A stretch of DNA of 64,000 bases, from contig JANWVL010000164.1 in the NCBI GenBank assembly GCA_025056655.1, positions 661 through 64,660 of the forward strand, read 5' to 3'. The notes below the pieces were generated by a model. That model was not told the origin of the DNA and ran no database searches. It saw only the letters and a program-made list of their open reading frames with translations. Positions within the stretch are counted from its first letter, which is position 1, and each line of letters opens with the position of its first letter. A program made the position numbers and the translations under genes. The DNA comes from Candidatus Methylacidiphilales bacterium. GTDB taxonomy: Bacteria > Verrucomicrobiota > Verrucomicrobiia > Methylacidiphilales > JANWVL01. Of this stretch, positions 1 to 9,467 are shown piece after piece.

Positions 1-68
1 AAAGCCAAAAGTCACAAGCACGTTTCTACGACAGATTTAATTGAGGTGCTACTTTCATCTTTAACTTT

Positions 69-123
69 CTGCTCCGCCGATAATAAGAAAATAAGAAAAC
101 CGAATTTCGGCGGAGCAGTTTTT
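69..123 (+). terminator. Rho-independent terminator candidate for a gene ending upstream of the window
   Basis: Perfect 12-bp inverted repeat ctgctccgccga (69-80) / tcggcggagcag (107-118) followed directly by ttttt (119-123). The loop is long (26 nt) and A-rich. Confidence 0.55.
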
Positions 124-207
124 ACCGGTTTGTTGATTTGATCGGATGCCACTAACTCTTGAGTATTTTCCAGTCGGCATATTCCTATGGCATGTTGAAT
201 TTGACAC

Positions 208-1227
208 ATGATATCAAAAAGAGGTTTTCACTATGCTCTTTATCTCCTGGCACAGTTGGCCCTAGTGCAGGTAGGATATTCTAGTGATAAACTAAAGGCT
301 TTAGACACCACCCCTGCAAAGTTGCCAGACTTTACTACCTTCGAAAACCAAGCTAAAAAGGCCCTCTACGAAAATAAGATTCAAAGTAACACATTTCCGG
401 ATTACAGCAAGCTACAAAACCAACTTATTCCTTATGTCATATACAGGAATAGGAATACCGAAGGCATTCACGACCAAGACAGTGACCATCATAAAAACTG
501 GTTGTATAAAGATCTAGAAAAACTCAAAGAGGCACGCGCTGAAAGACAGAAACTTAATTCAGAAGACAACATTCAGTCTGACACTCAAATCTACCTAACC
601 AAAAATCCAGATGTCTTTTCCCTGGGCTTAAATTCATCTTCAGAAGGATTACGTTTCTTTGGCTTACCTCCTAGCCAAGAAGCTCATTCAAAACAAGACA
701 ATCTTAAGTTCAGTTCTTTCCCTATTGATCTACCAAATGAATTAAACCAAATCTCCAACCCCGTAACAGGGTTGTCAAAACCTCTTCAGATGGGAATTTA
801 CAATAATAACATCAAAGATGACCTAAGTCAAAATTCTAAGTCGCTTCCGCTATCCAATTCTATATCAAGGCGATCACCAGTTGATGAATTAACCAACAGT
901 CTTATTTCTATTGGTGATATGAATGATACACTACTGACCTACAAGCCACAAATGTCTTTAACACCACAACTGCAGATCCAGAATCCCAGATTTCCTTCCC
1001 CACAACAACACCTGTCTAATCCTAATAATCTACTTATAGATAAAATCGGCACATTAGATACAAATAACCCTAATTCATCACTCTCTCGCAACTACACACC
1101 ACCATCACTCAACAACGATTTCAGGCGACTACTCGATCCACCTCCCTTACGATCCCCCAGAGTCTTAGGCAACCCTAATCTTAATCCCAACAAAATCAAC
1201 GACCCGCTAGAGCGCTTCTACAGATAA
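208..1227 (+). CDS. Hypothetical secreted protein, Asn/Ser/Pro/Leu-rich low complexity
   Basis: 339-aa ORF with a hydrophobic N-terminal signal-like segment (HYALYLLAQLALVQVGYSS). I recognised no conserved motif. It is AT-rich with unbiased codon usage, unlike its neighbours. Confidence 0.5.
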   Translation: MISKRGFHYALYLLAQLALVQVGYSSDKLKALDTTPAKLPDFTTFENQAKKALYENKIQSNTFPDYSKLQNQLIPYVIYRNRNTEGIHDQDSDHHKNWLYKDLEKLKEARAERQKLNSEDNIQSDTQIYLTKNPDVFSLGLNSSSEGLRFFGLPPSQEAHSKQDNLKFSSFPIDLPNELNQISNPVTGLSKPLQMGIYNNNIKDDLSQNSKSLPLSNSISRRSPVDELTNSLISIGDMNDTLLTYKPQMSLTPQLQIQNPRFPSPQQHLSNPNNLLIDKIGTLDTNNPNSSLSRNYTPPSLNNDFRRLLDPPPLRSPRVLGNPNLNPNKINDPLERFYR

Positions 1228-1239
1228 TATTATCCCACC

Positions 1240-1665
1240 CTAGTAATAAGGCCAATATCGGCAATGCCAGTGCGGATGGTAAGGATAATAATCCCAGCGT
1301 CTCAGCCTTTCTTGCTTCAATTCCGCATTCAGTGCCTCCTCAGGGGTCTTTAACAGATAATTGATTATGGTATCACTCACCTTGGCCTCTCTTAGATAAT
1401 CAATATCTGTCATCGTCAAGCGATAAACGCCTCCTGAATAAATCAAGTAACGAATCAATCTATCCTCAGGATACTTCCTCTGCGTCAATTCCACAATCTC
1501 AGGCAACAACAATACCTTTCCACGCCTCATTTTCTCATAAATCGCAGGACTTACCCCCACATCCCGAGCCGTTTGAACATCCTGCTGATATTCCCGATAA
1601 GTCACGCATCCACCTAGCATTGAAAAAACAAACAAAAAACAAACGCTGCGAATAATTTCTTTCAC
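1240..1665 (-). CDS. Hypothetical lipoprotein
   Basis: The N-terminus MKEIIRSVCFLFVFSMLGGC has a signal peptide plus lipobox (L-G-G-C). No family recognised. Confidence 0.55.
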   Translation of the reverse strand: MKEIIRSVCFLFVFSMLGGCVTYREYQQDVQTARDVGVSPAIYEKMRRGKVLLLPEIVELTQRKYPEDRLIRYLIYSGGVYRLTMTDIDYLREAKVSDTIINYLLKTPEEALNAELKQERLRRWDYYPYHPHWHCRYWPYY

Positions 1666-1699
1666 AAGTCATATTATACTCTATTTTCCCACCAAATCA

Positions 1700-4210
1700 A
1701 TGCCCCCAACCCCACACCCTCACGCCCCATCTCCCGCTCCCCCTCCACCACGTCCATCCGACATCCTCCGACAACTCCAGCAATCCCACACCCTTACACA
1801 CGACTCCCTCCAAAAAAAAATCCAACGCGAGCTCTCCTACCTCATCAACCCCTCCACCTCACCAGACTCCCGCCATCCCTCCATTTACCACTTCTCCATC
1901 CATCCCCTACCTTTCATCTTACCAGCAGAAGACTGGCGCACCCTCTCCGAAGCCTTCTCCCAGCGCCTCCGCGCTTGGAATATCGCCCTTACCGATATCT
2001 TTTCCGAACAGTCCCTCATCCGACAACGCATCCTTCCACACCGCCTCATCTACAACGACCCCTCCTACCTACGCCCAATCCTAGGAATCAAACCCATCGG
2101 CGACACCCCCATCCGCATAGCCGCCATCGATTTCGTCCATGATTCCCAAGGCCAATGGCACGTCCTCGAAGAAATCTTCTCCCAACCCTACGGTATCGGC
2201 ATCGCCCTTCATCTAAGACAATCCCTCGGAGAAATCTATACCCGCGAACTCTCCTCACTCCCCATCGAGTCCCCATCCGCCGTCCCAGCACTCATCCAAG
2301 AAAACCTACAAAATTGCGGCCTCTCCTTCTCCCACCGCCCCCGACTCGCACTTCTCACCCTCGGCCCACAATCCCCCTCATACGCTGATCAAGCCATCCT
2401 CGCCCGAATGATAGGCATCCCCCTCATCCAACCCGACGAACTCCTCGTCCTTCAAGGCCAACTCTTCCTCAAAACCATAGACGGCCTCCAACCCATAGAA
2501 ATCCTCCTCCGCTTCATCCCAGCCCAAAATATCGACCCCGTATCCATCCCCTCACAAACCCCACACCAAGGCATCCCCGGCATCACCTCATGCCTCCGCA
2601 AAGGCACTGTCGCCATAGCCAACGCCCCATCCGCCGACCTCCTCCAAAACCGCGCCCTCACCACCTACACCCCACACCTCATCAGACACCTCCTACACCA
2701 ACACCCCATCCTCCCCGACCTCTACCGCGCCCCACTCACCGACATCGACGTCCGCGAACAACTCTTCGACGACTGGCCCTCCTACATCATCAAGCCCACC
2801 CACCCCCACCCCAACACCCCAAGCCTCAACGGCGCCCTCCTATCCCAAGACCAGCGCCGCCACTGGCAGCAAATCATAGAACAAAACCCCTCCAAATGGA
2901 TCATACAAAAAAACCTCCTCCACCACAACCCCCCACACGACCCCATCATCCTCCGCCTCTTCGCCTTAGCCGATCACCACCGCATCACCCTCCTCCCCTG
3001 CGCCCTCACCCGATCCCTCCAACCCCCCCCCACAGACCACACCCACCCCTTCCCCCCCACCCCCATCCGCGACACCTGGATCCTCCAACCCACACCCCAC
3101 ACCCCCACACCCCCGCACCCCGCCCCCCCCACCACACACCACCGCCACCCCATCGAACTCTCCCTCCCCCCTCAAACCCACGAAATCGTCGGAGAACGCC
3201 TCCGCCTCTCCAGCCGCACCGCCGAATCCCTCCTCTGGATCAGCCGCTACCTCACCCGCGCCGCCACCACCACCCAACTCCTCCGCACCCTCCTCCAAAT
3301 CAGAGCCACATCAGACCCACAAACCACCGCACCCAAAACCTGGCAACCCCTCTGGGAAACCCTAGCCGCCGCCACAGGCCACCCCACCACCTACTTCGAA
3401 AAAAACAAACTCACCCACCCCTCCCAACTCTCCCACTACATCCTCCTCTCCCAAGAAAACAACGCCTCCGCCTACCACTCCATACGCCTCGCCCACCAAA
3501 ACACCCTCGCCTCACGCGAATCCATCCCCACCGAACTCTTCACCCTCATCACCGACCTCTACCACCTCCTCCACACCTACAGCACCCAACCCCCCCACTC
3601 CCTCGACCCCATCCTCAACGACCTCTCCCTCCACAACTCCCTCATCCAAACCCACGAACAAATCACCGGCGCCGCCCTCCACCACCTCCTCCGCGACGAC
3701 CCATGGCACTTCTGGAACATCGGCCACCACATCGAACAAGCCATCTTCACCACCATCACCTTCCGCCAACTCATCCTACCCCTCCGCTCCCCCACACAAG
3801 ACCCCTCCCTCATCCACGACACCCTAATCCGCCTCTTCGCCTGCCAATACGCACACCGCAAACACCACCCACACCGCCCCACCCTCCAATCCATAGCCTC
3901 CATCCTCCTCACACTCCCCACATTCCCACGCAGCCTCGCCTTTCACTACCACACCCTCCACCACCACCTCACCACATGCTTCCCCCTCACCACACCCACA
4001 CCGACCACACCCGCCATCCACACCCTACACCACCTCACCACCCTCCACACCCTCCCCCTCCACCAAATGTGCACCCCCAAAAACTCCTCCCTCCCCATCG
4101 CAGACTGGCTCGCCGAAGAGACCCAACACCTCCACCACCTCGCCAACCTCATCACCGACCACCACATCCACCACTACCACACCCACCTCCTCTCCCACAC
4201 CCCCACCTAA
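1700..4210 (+). CDS. Fusion protein: circularly permuted type-2 ATP-grasp domain plus C-terminal alpha-E domain
   Basis: The N-terminal half resembles CP ATP-grasp proteins (GIPLIQPDELLVLQGQLFLKTIDGLQPIEILLRFIPAQNIDP). The C-terminal half carries the alpha-E signature region (SRTAESLLWISRYLTRAATTTQLLRTL). The two are joined by a Pro/Thr/His-rich linker in one 836-aa frame. Confidence 0.75.
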   Translation: MPPTPHPHAPSPAPPPPRPSDILRQLQQSHTLTHDSLQKKIQRELSYLINPSTSPDSRHPSIYHFSIHPLPFILPAEDWRTLSEAFSQRLRAWNIALTDIFSEQSLIRQRILPHRLIYNDPSYLRPILGIKPIGDTPIRIAAIDFVHDSQGQWHVLEEIFSQPYGIGIALHLRQSLGEIYTRELSSLPIESPSAVPALIQENLQNCGLSFSHRPRLALLTLGPQSPSYADQAILARMIGIPLIQPDELLVLQGQLFLKTIDGLQPIEILLRFIPAQNIDPVSIPSQTPHQGIPGITSCLRKGTVAIANAPSADLLQNRALTTYTPHLIRHLLHQHPILPDLYRAPLTDIDVREQLFDDWPSYIIKPTHPHPNTPSLNGALLSQDQRRHWQQIIEQNPSKWIIQKNLLHHNPPHDPIILRLFALADHHRITLLPCALTRSLQPPPTDHTHPFPPTPIRDTWILQPTPHTPTPPHPAPPTTHHRHPIELSLPPQTHEIVGERLRLSSRTAESLLWISRYLTRAATTTQLLRTLLQIRATSDPQTTAPKTWQPLWETLAAATGHPTTYFEKNKLTHPSQLSHYILLSQENNASAYHSIRLAHQNTLASRESIPTELFTLITDLYHLLHTYSTQPPHSLDPILNDLSLHNSLIQTHEQITGAALHHLLRDDPWHFWNIGHHIEQAIFTTITFRQLILPLRSPTQDPSLIHDTLIRLFACQYAHRKHHPHRPTLQSIASILLTLPTFPRSLAFHYHTLHHHLTTCFPLTTPTPTTPAIHTLHHLTTLHTLPLHQMCTPKNSSLPIADWLAEETQHLHHLANLITDHHIHHYHTHLLSHTPT

Positions 4211-4277
4211 CCCCGCGACCCACTTGATTTTTTAACAACACCCCGATAAACCCATCCAACCCACACCCCCACCACCT

Positions 4278-6332
4278 ATGCAACACCCCACCCCCACCAC
4301 AGAACCCCCCACATTCACCACCACCCCCATCGAACACCTCATCGCCAACACCATCCGCATCCTCACCATCGATGCCATCGAAAAAGCCCACTCCGGCCAC
4401 CCAGGCCTCCCCATGGGATGCGCAGACTTCGCCACCATCCTCTGGACCCAATTCCTCCGCCACAACCCCGCCAACCCCCACTGGCCCAACCGCGACCGCT
4501 TCATCCTCTCCGCAGGCCACGGCTCCATGCTACTCTACTCCCTCCTCCACCTCTGCGGCTACCCCCACATCACCCTAGAACAACTCCAAAAATTCCGCCA
4601 ACTCCACTCCCTCACCCCAGGCCACCCAGAAGCCCACGAAACCCCAGGCGTCGAAGTCACCACAGGCCCCCTCGGCCAAGGCACAGGCAACTCCGTCGGC
4701 CTCGCCATCGCCCAAAAACACCTCGCCGCCCTCTTCAACACCCCAGACTTCAACCTCTTCGACCACCGCATCTACACCATCGTCTCCGACGGCGACCTCC
4801 AAGAAGGCATCTCCCACGAAGCCGCCTCCCTCGCAGGCCACCTCGGCCTCGATAACCTCATCTGGTTCTACGACGACAACCGCGTCTCCATCGAAGGCTT
4901 CACCGACCTCGCCTACTCCGACGACGTCCCCACCCGCTTCCGCGCCTACAACTGGCACGTCATCACCATCGACGGCCACAACCACTCCCAAATCCACGCA
5001 GCCCTCCGCGAAGCCCTCACCATCACAGGCCGCCCCACCCTCATCATCGGCAAAACCACCATCGGCAAAGGCTCACCCAAGCTCCAAGGCCAACCCAAAG
5101 CCCACTCCGACGCCCTCGGCCCACAAGAAGTCGCCGCCACCAAACGCGCCCTCGGCTGGCCCGAAGACTCCCAATTCCTCATCCCCTCCCGCGTCACCGC
5201 CTACTTCCAAAAACTCCGCCACGAACTCGCCGCCCAAGAAACCGAATGGAACCGCACCCTACAAGCCTACACCCGCGCCTACCCCCAAAAAGCCGCACTC
5301 CTCAAAAAAATCCAAGAAAAACAAATCCCCACAAACCTCCCCGACCTCCTCCCCCAATTCCAAGCCGGCCAAAACCTCGCCACCCGCAACGCCAGCGGCC
5401 AAATCCTCACCACCCTCTTCGACCACCTCCCCCACCTCATCGGCGGATCCGCAGACCTCGCCCCCTCCACCAAAACCTGGATCAAAACACACGGCTCATT
5501 CCAAAAAAACCACTACCACGGCCGCAACCTCCACTTCGGCATCCGCGAACACACCATGGCCGCCATCCTCAACGGCATCGCCTACCACCGCTCCGGCCTC
5601 ATCCCCTTCGGCGCCACCTTCTTCGCCTTCACCGACTACATGCGCCCCCCCATCCGCCTCGGAGCCCTAAGCAAACTCCACACCATCTACGTCCTCACCC
5701 ACGACTCCATCTTCGTCGGAGAAGACGGCCCCACCCACCAACCCGTCGAACACCTCGCAGCCCTCCGCGCCATCCCGCGCCTCTCACTCATCCGACCCGC
5801 CGACGCCAACGAAACCGCCCAAGCCTGGCTCGTCGCCCTATCCCAACAAGACCGCCCCACCCTCCTCGTCCTCACCCGACAAGACATCCCCACCCTCGAC
5901 CGCTCCAAATGCGCCCCTGCCACAGGCCTCCGCCAAGGCGCCTACATCCTCTGGGAAGCCAATCCCAACGTCCCACCCCAAATCATCCTCATCGGCACAG
6001 GCTCAGAAGTCCACCTCTGCCTACAAGCCGCCGAACACCTCGCAGCAGAAGGCTACGCCCCACGCGTCGTCTCCATGCCCTCATGGGACCTCTTCGAAGC
6101 ACAACCCCAATCCTACAAAGACCACGTCCTCCCCCCATCCATCCCCGCACGCATCGCCGTCGAAGCCGGCATCCGCATGGGCTGGGAACGCTACATCGGC
6201 GAAAAAGGCCTCTTCATCGGCGTCGAACGATTCGGCGCCAGCGCCCCCCACACCCGCCTCCAAGAAGCATACGGGCTCACAGTCCCCCACATCCTCTCCA
6301 AAACCCGCGCCCTCCTACCCCCAACACCCTAA
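4278..6332 (+). CDS. tkt: Transketolase
   Basis: Carries IEKAHSGHPGLPMGCAD (TPP-binding HSGHPG motif) and THDSIFVGEDGPTHQPVEHL. The 684-aa length is typical. Confidence 0.95.
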   Translation: MQHPTPTTEPPTFTTTPIEHLIANTIRILTIDAIEKAHSGHPGLPMGCADFATILWTQFLRHNPANPHWPNRDRFILSAGHGSMLLYSLLHLCGYPHITLEQLQKFRQLHSLTPGHPEAHETPGVEVTTGPLGQGTGNSVGLAIAQKHLAALFNTPDFNLFDHRIYTIVSDGDLQEGISHEAASLAGHLGLDNLIWFYDDNRVSIEGFTDLAYSDDVPTRFRAYNWHVITIDGHNHSQIHAALREALTITGRPTLIIGKTTIGKGSPKLQGQPKAHSDALGPQEVAATKRALGWPEDSQFLIPSRVTAYFQKLRHELAAQETEWNRTLQAYTRAYPQKAALLKKIQEKQIPTNLPDLLPQFQAGQNLATRNASGQILTTLFDHLPHLIGGSADLAPSTKTWIKTHGSFQKNHYHGRNLHFGIREHTMAAILNGIAYHRSGLIPFGATFFAFTDYMRPPIRLGALSKLHTIYVLTHDSIFVGEDGPTHQPVEHLAALRAIPRLSLIRPADANETAQAWLVALSQQDRPTLLVLTRQDIPTLDRSKCAPATGLRQGAYILWEANPNVPPQIILIGTGSEVHLCLQAAEHLAAEGYAPRVVSMPSWDLFEAQPQSYKDHVLPPSIPARIAVEAGIRMGWERYIGEKGLFIGVERFGASAPHTRLQEAYGLTVPHILSKTRALLPPTP

Positions 6333-6434
6333 AAACACCCACACCCACCCACCCCCCCAAAACCCTCCCCCAAACCCCCATCCCACAGCCGTTTTAGAAT
6401 TCACATTCCACACACCTCATCTAGATGAAAAACG

Positions 6435-7220
6435 ATGAAGATCATCCGACACCCGCCCACCATGCAGCGCACAGCCCTGCAATGGCGCAAAGAAGGAAAA
6501 CAAATCGCCCTCGTGCCCACCATGGGCGCCTTACACCCAGGCCACGAAGCACTCATCAAAAAAGCCCGTAAACAAGCCGACATCCTCATCGTCAGCATCT
6601 ACGTCAATCCCACCCAATTCTCCGCAGGAGAAGACCTCCACCGCTACCCCCGCCCCTTCCGCACCGACTGCCAAAAATGCCGCCTCTGGGACGTAGACAT
6701 CGTCTTCGCACCCAAAAATCTCTACGCCCCCGATCACTCCACCTGGGTAGAAGAACTCTCCCTCAGTCAAGGCCGCTGCGGCCCCTTCCGACCAGGACAC
6801 TTCCGAGGCGTCACCACCGTCGTCGCCAAGCTCTTTCTAATCTGCCAACCCCACCTCGCCTTCTTCGGCCAAAAAGACGCCCAACAACTCGAAGTAATCC
6901 AAAGAATGGTGCGAGACCTCCACTTCCCCATAAAAATCATCCCAGTTGAAACCATCCGCGATACAGACGGACTCGCCTTCAGCTCCCGCAACACCTACCT
7001 AAGCCCAACAGAAAGACAAAAAGCACGACAATTTGCCGCCGCACTCCAACAAGCCATACACCATCCCAATCCCATATCCTGGTTCAAAAAAGAAATCTCA
7101 CGCCTAAAAGGTGTCCGCCTAGACTACGCCGAGATCGTCAACAATCGACTATGCGCCGCAGTGCACATCGGCAAAACCCGACTCATTGACAACGTAGCAA
7201 CCACACTCAAAAAAAAGTAA
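6435..7220 (+). CDS. panC: Pantoate--beta-alanine ligase
   Basis: Carries VPTMGALHPGHEALI (canonical VPTMGxLHxGH) and GQKDAQQ. 261 aa. Confidence 0.92.
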   Translation: MKIIRHPPTMQRTALQWRKEGKQIALVPTMGALHPGHEALIKKARKQADILIVSIYVNPTQFSAGEDLHRYPRPFRTDCQKCRLWDVDIVFAPKNLYAPDHSTWVEELSLSQGRCGPFRPGHFRGVTTVVAKLFLICQPHLAFFGQKDAQQLEVIQRMVRDLHFPIKIIPVETIRDTDGLAFSSRNTYLSPTERQKARQFAAALQQAIHHPNPISWFKKEISRLKGVRLDYAEIVNNRLCAAVHIGKTRLIDNVATTLKKK

Positions 7221-7223
7221 ACC

Positions 7224-8243
7224 ATGAGACTGAGACGAGCGCGACTTTTCTCAAGACTCCACACATCCTGCCTCGCGCTCCTCATCCTATGCCCCACAGC
7301 AACCGCCAGCATATGGCAAGTCGTCCGCGTAGGCCCACTAGAATACGTCACACTAAAATCCTTTTGCCGCTTCTACTACTTCCCCTACGGAGAAGGCCCC
7401 CTCTCAGACACCTTCACCGTCCAAAACACCAGCTTCCGCCTCGTCTTTCGCCGAGATAGCCAAATCGTCCGAATCAACGAAGTCAACTACTACCTCTCAA
7501 GCTCCATCATAGATCATCCCGCAGGATGGCTCATCCCCAAAACAGACATCACAAAACTCTTTGACCCCATCTTCCGACCTCAAGCCATCCCCATCCGCAG
7601 ACCCGTGCGAGGCGTCGTAATCGATCCCGGCCACGGCGGCTCCGACCGCGGCGCCACCGGACTAAACGGAGCCTTAGAAAAACACTACACACTAGACACT
7701 TCATTACGACTCGAAAAAATCCTACGCGCCGCCGGCGTTCGCACCGTCATGACGCGCCGCAGCGATGTCTTCGTCGAATTACACGAACGAACCCGATTCG
7801 CACGCAACTTCGCAGGACACATATTCGTAAGCATCCACTACAACTACGGCTTCAACCGCCAAGCCCGCGGAGTCGAGACCTTCGCCATGGCCCCTCGCGG
7901 AGTCGCCTCCACAGCCGTAGGAGAATTCCCCTCTCGCGCCGACCACATAAAACAAATCGGAAACGAAAACGACCCCCTAAATATCCTACTAGCCCACCAA
8001 GTCCATAGACAAATCGTGCGCCTCTTCCCCGGTGACCCCGAAGCCGATCGCGGCGTCAAACGAGCGCGCTTCGTAGTCCTGCGCACAAACTACCTCCCCG
8101 CCATCCTAGTAGAAGGCGGCTTCCTCACCAACCGCATGGATCTACGCCTTGTAGATAACCCCGTCTATCGCCAGCGCCTAGCTGAGGCAATCGCCACCGG
8201 CATACTCAACTACATACGATTAAACCAGCCAACCCAACCCTAA
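7224..8243 (+). CDS. N-acetylmuramoyl-L-alanine amidase (Amidase_3 family) with signal peptide
   Basis: Carries the IDPGHGGSDRGA motif, SIHYN, and a C-terminal VEGGFLTN. The N-terminal hydrophobic leader ends in ATA. Confidence 0.88.
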   Translation: MRLRRARLFSRLHTSCLALLILCPTATASIWQVVRVGPLEYVTLKSFCRFYYFPYGEGPLSDTFTVQNTSFRLVFRRDSQIVRINEVNYYLSSSIIDHPAGWLIPKTDITKLFDPIFRPQAIPIRRPVRGVVIDPGHGGSDRGATGLNGALEKHYTLDTSLRLEKILRAAGVRTVMTRRSDVFVELHERTRFARNFAGHIFVSIHYNYGFNRQARGVETFAMAPRGVASTAVGEFPSRADHIKQIGNENDPLNILLAHQVHRQIVRLFPGDPEADRGVKRARFVVLRTNYLPAILVEGGFLTNRMDLRLVDNPVYRQRLAEAIATGILNYIRLNQPTQP

Positions 8244-8256
8244 ATTAACCCCCAAG

Positions 8257-9369
8257 TTAAAGAGTCTGCAAAAAGCGCACAAGCTGCTCACGATTCGGAC
8301 TATTAGCATGCCGAACGTAAAACCCAGACGCAGCAACCGCCAACTGCAAAGAATGCTGTAACCCCAACCCAAGCAACCGCCCAATAACAAAACCAGCGTT
8401 AAAATGATCCCCCGCACCCGTGCTAATTTTAGGTTTAGCAGTATAAGGCCCCTCAATAAAAGTTTCCCCCTGTGCATCCGCCCCAGCAGCATACTTTACA
8501 GGATGAATCACCACAGTGTGAAGATTAAGCTTCTCCCGAATAGCCGCTGCCAATGCCGCCGTGCCCTTTGGATTAGCCGGCGTCTTCTTAAGACGCAAGA
8601 CTCGCGCCACATGCTGCCCCTCACTCTCGTTCAGACCAAGGATAACATCATTGCTCTCTTGAAACTCCGATATAATTTTCAGCGCCGCCAACAAATCAGC
8701 ATCCAGACGCTTAGCTGGATCAGCCAAATCAAAAAACATCAGCTTCCGTGGCTCATCTTTCACGGGTGGAAATTCACTCAAAAGTTTCTTCCATATCGCC
8801 GACATATGCGGAAGCATGGTCCAGTTCACCATCCCAATGAAATGAGCTTCCTTCCACATCTTCTTAAAAGCCGCCTCACCGACTCGCTTCTTAATATTAT
8901 CCCACGTGACCTCATTAACGTTGCTATGTTGACCAAACAACAATTTCCCATCGTTAAATTCAAACGCCTGAGTCAATGCAGGCTCACCAATCGGAATCAC
9001 CCTTGCACGCTTGCTAAATTCATGAAAAACAGGATGCACAGTATCCTTACCCACAATCCCAATATAATTCACCGGTGCCCCAAGCGTGCTCAATGCAAAC
9101 GCCATCAACGGCCCGTTCCCCCCCATGCGAACTGACTGCTGCACGAGCTCCATGTTGGCGCTCTTACCCGCTGCCGCCACTATTGCAGAACCAAACGACT
9201 TGATCGTTGCATACGGAACGTATTTTGTAGCAGACTGGCGCTGGGCCACGACCTGATAAATCTCATCAACAAAACCATCAAAACCCAACAGACATTGATA
9301 TTTCAAAAGCTGCGCTCGTGAACCAATCAGACGCTCTGCCGTTTGCCGGGCGATACGAGAATCACTCAT
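8257..9369 (-). CDS. Ribokinase/PfkB-superfamily sugar kinase (ADP-dependent-kinase-like)
   Basis: The C-terminal STGAGDHFNAGF matches the PfkB GAGD anion-hole motif, and there is an MGGNGPLMA glycine motif. Substrate unknown. Confidence 0.6.
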   Translation of the reverse strand: MSDSRIARQTAERLIGSRAQLLKYQCLLGFDGFVDEIYQVVAQRQSATKYVPYATIKSFGSAIVAAAGKSANMELVQQSVRMGGNGPLMAFALSTLGAPVNYIGIVGKDTVHPVFHEFSKRARVIPIGEPALTQAFEFNDGKLLFGQHSNVNEVTWDNIKKRVGEAAFKKMWKEAHFIGMVNWTMLPHMSAIWKKLLSEFPPVKDEPRKLMFFDLADPAKRLDADLLAALKIISEFQESNDVILGLNESEGQHVARVLRLKKTPANPKGTAALAAAIREKLNLHTVVIHPVKYAAGADAQGETFIEGPYTAKPKISTGAGDHFNAGFVIGRLLGLGLQHSLQLAVAASGFYVRHANSPNREQLVRFLQTL

Positions 9370-9467
9370 AACCTTCCCATCACTTCTAGCCTACCGCAGC
9401 TCAATTGGCAAGCACAAAAGAAGCCTTACCACAAAGCGATTAACCCGCAACGCCCACCTTTCGCCAC

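Noticed and set aside
2590-4227. 545-aa ORF in an alternative + frame, extremely Pro/His/Arg/Thr-rich, inside the ATP-grasp/alpha-E gene.
   Set aside because: It is fully nested in a gene with recognisable conserved motifs. Its composition is what C/A-rich DNA gives in any frame, and the frame stays open only because T and G, and hence stop codons, are scarce.
5246-6397. 383-aa Pro/Arg/His-rich ORF overlapping the 3' half of tkt. The smaller ORFs at 4372-4578 and 4418-4855, and the antisense ORFs at 4575-4997 and 4152-4520, are of the same kind.
   Set aside because: tkt is unambiguous in its own frame, and these are stop-depleted shadow frames with low-complexity products.
8404-9135. 243-aa + strand ORF antisense to the sugar kinase gene.
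   Set aside because: It has no motifs and an unusual composition, and it is entirely nested antisense in a gene carrying a PfkB signature.
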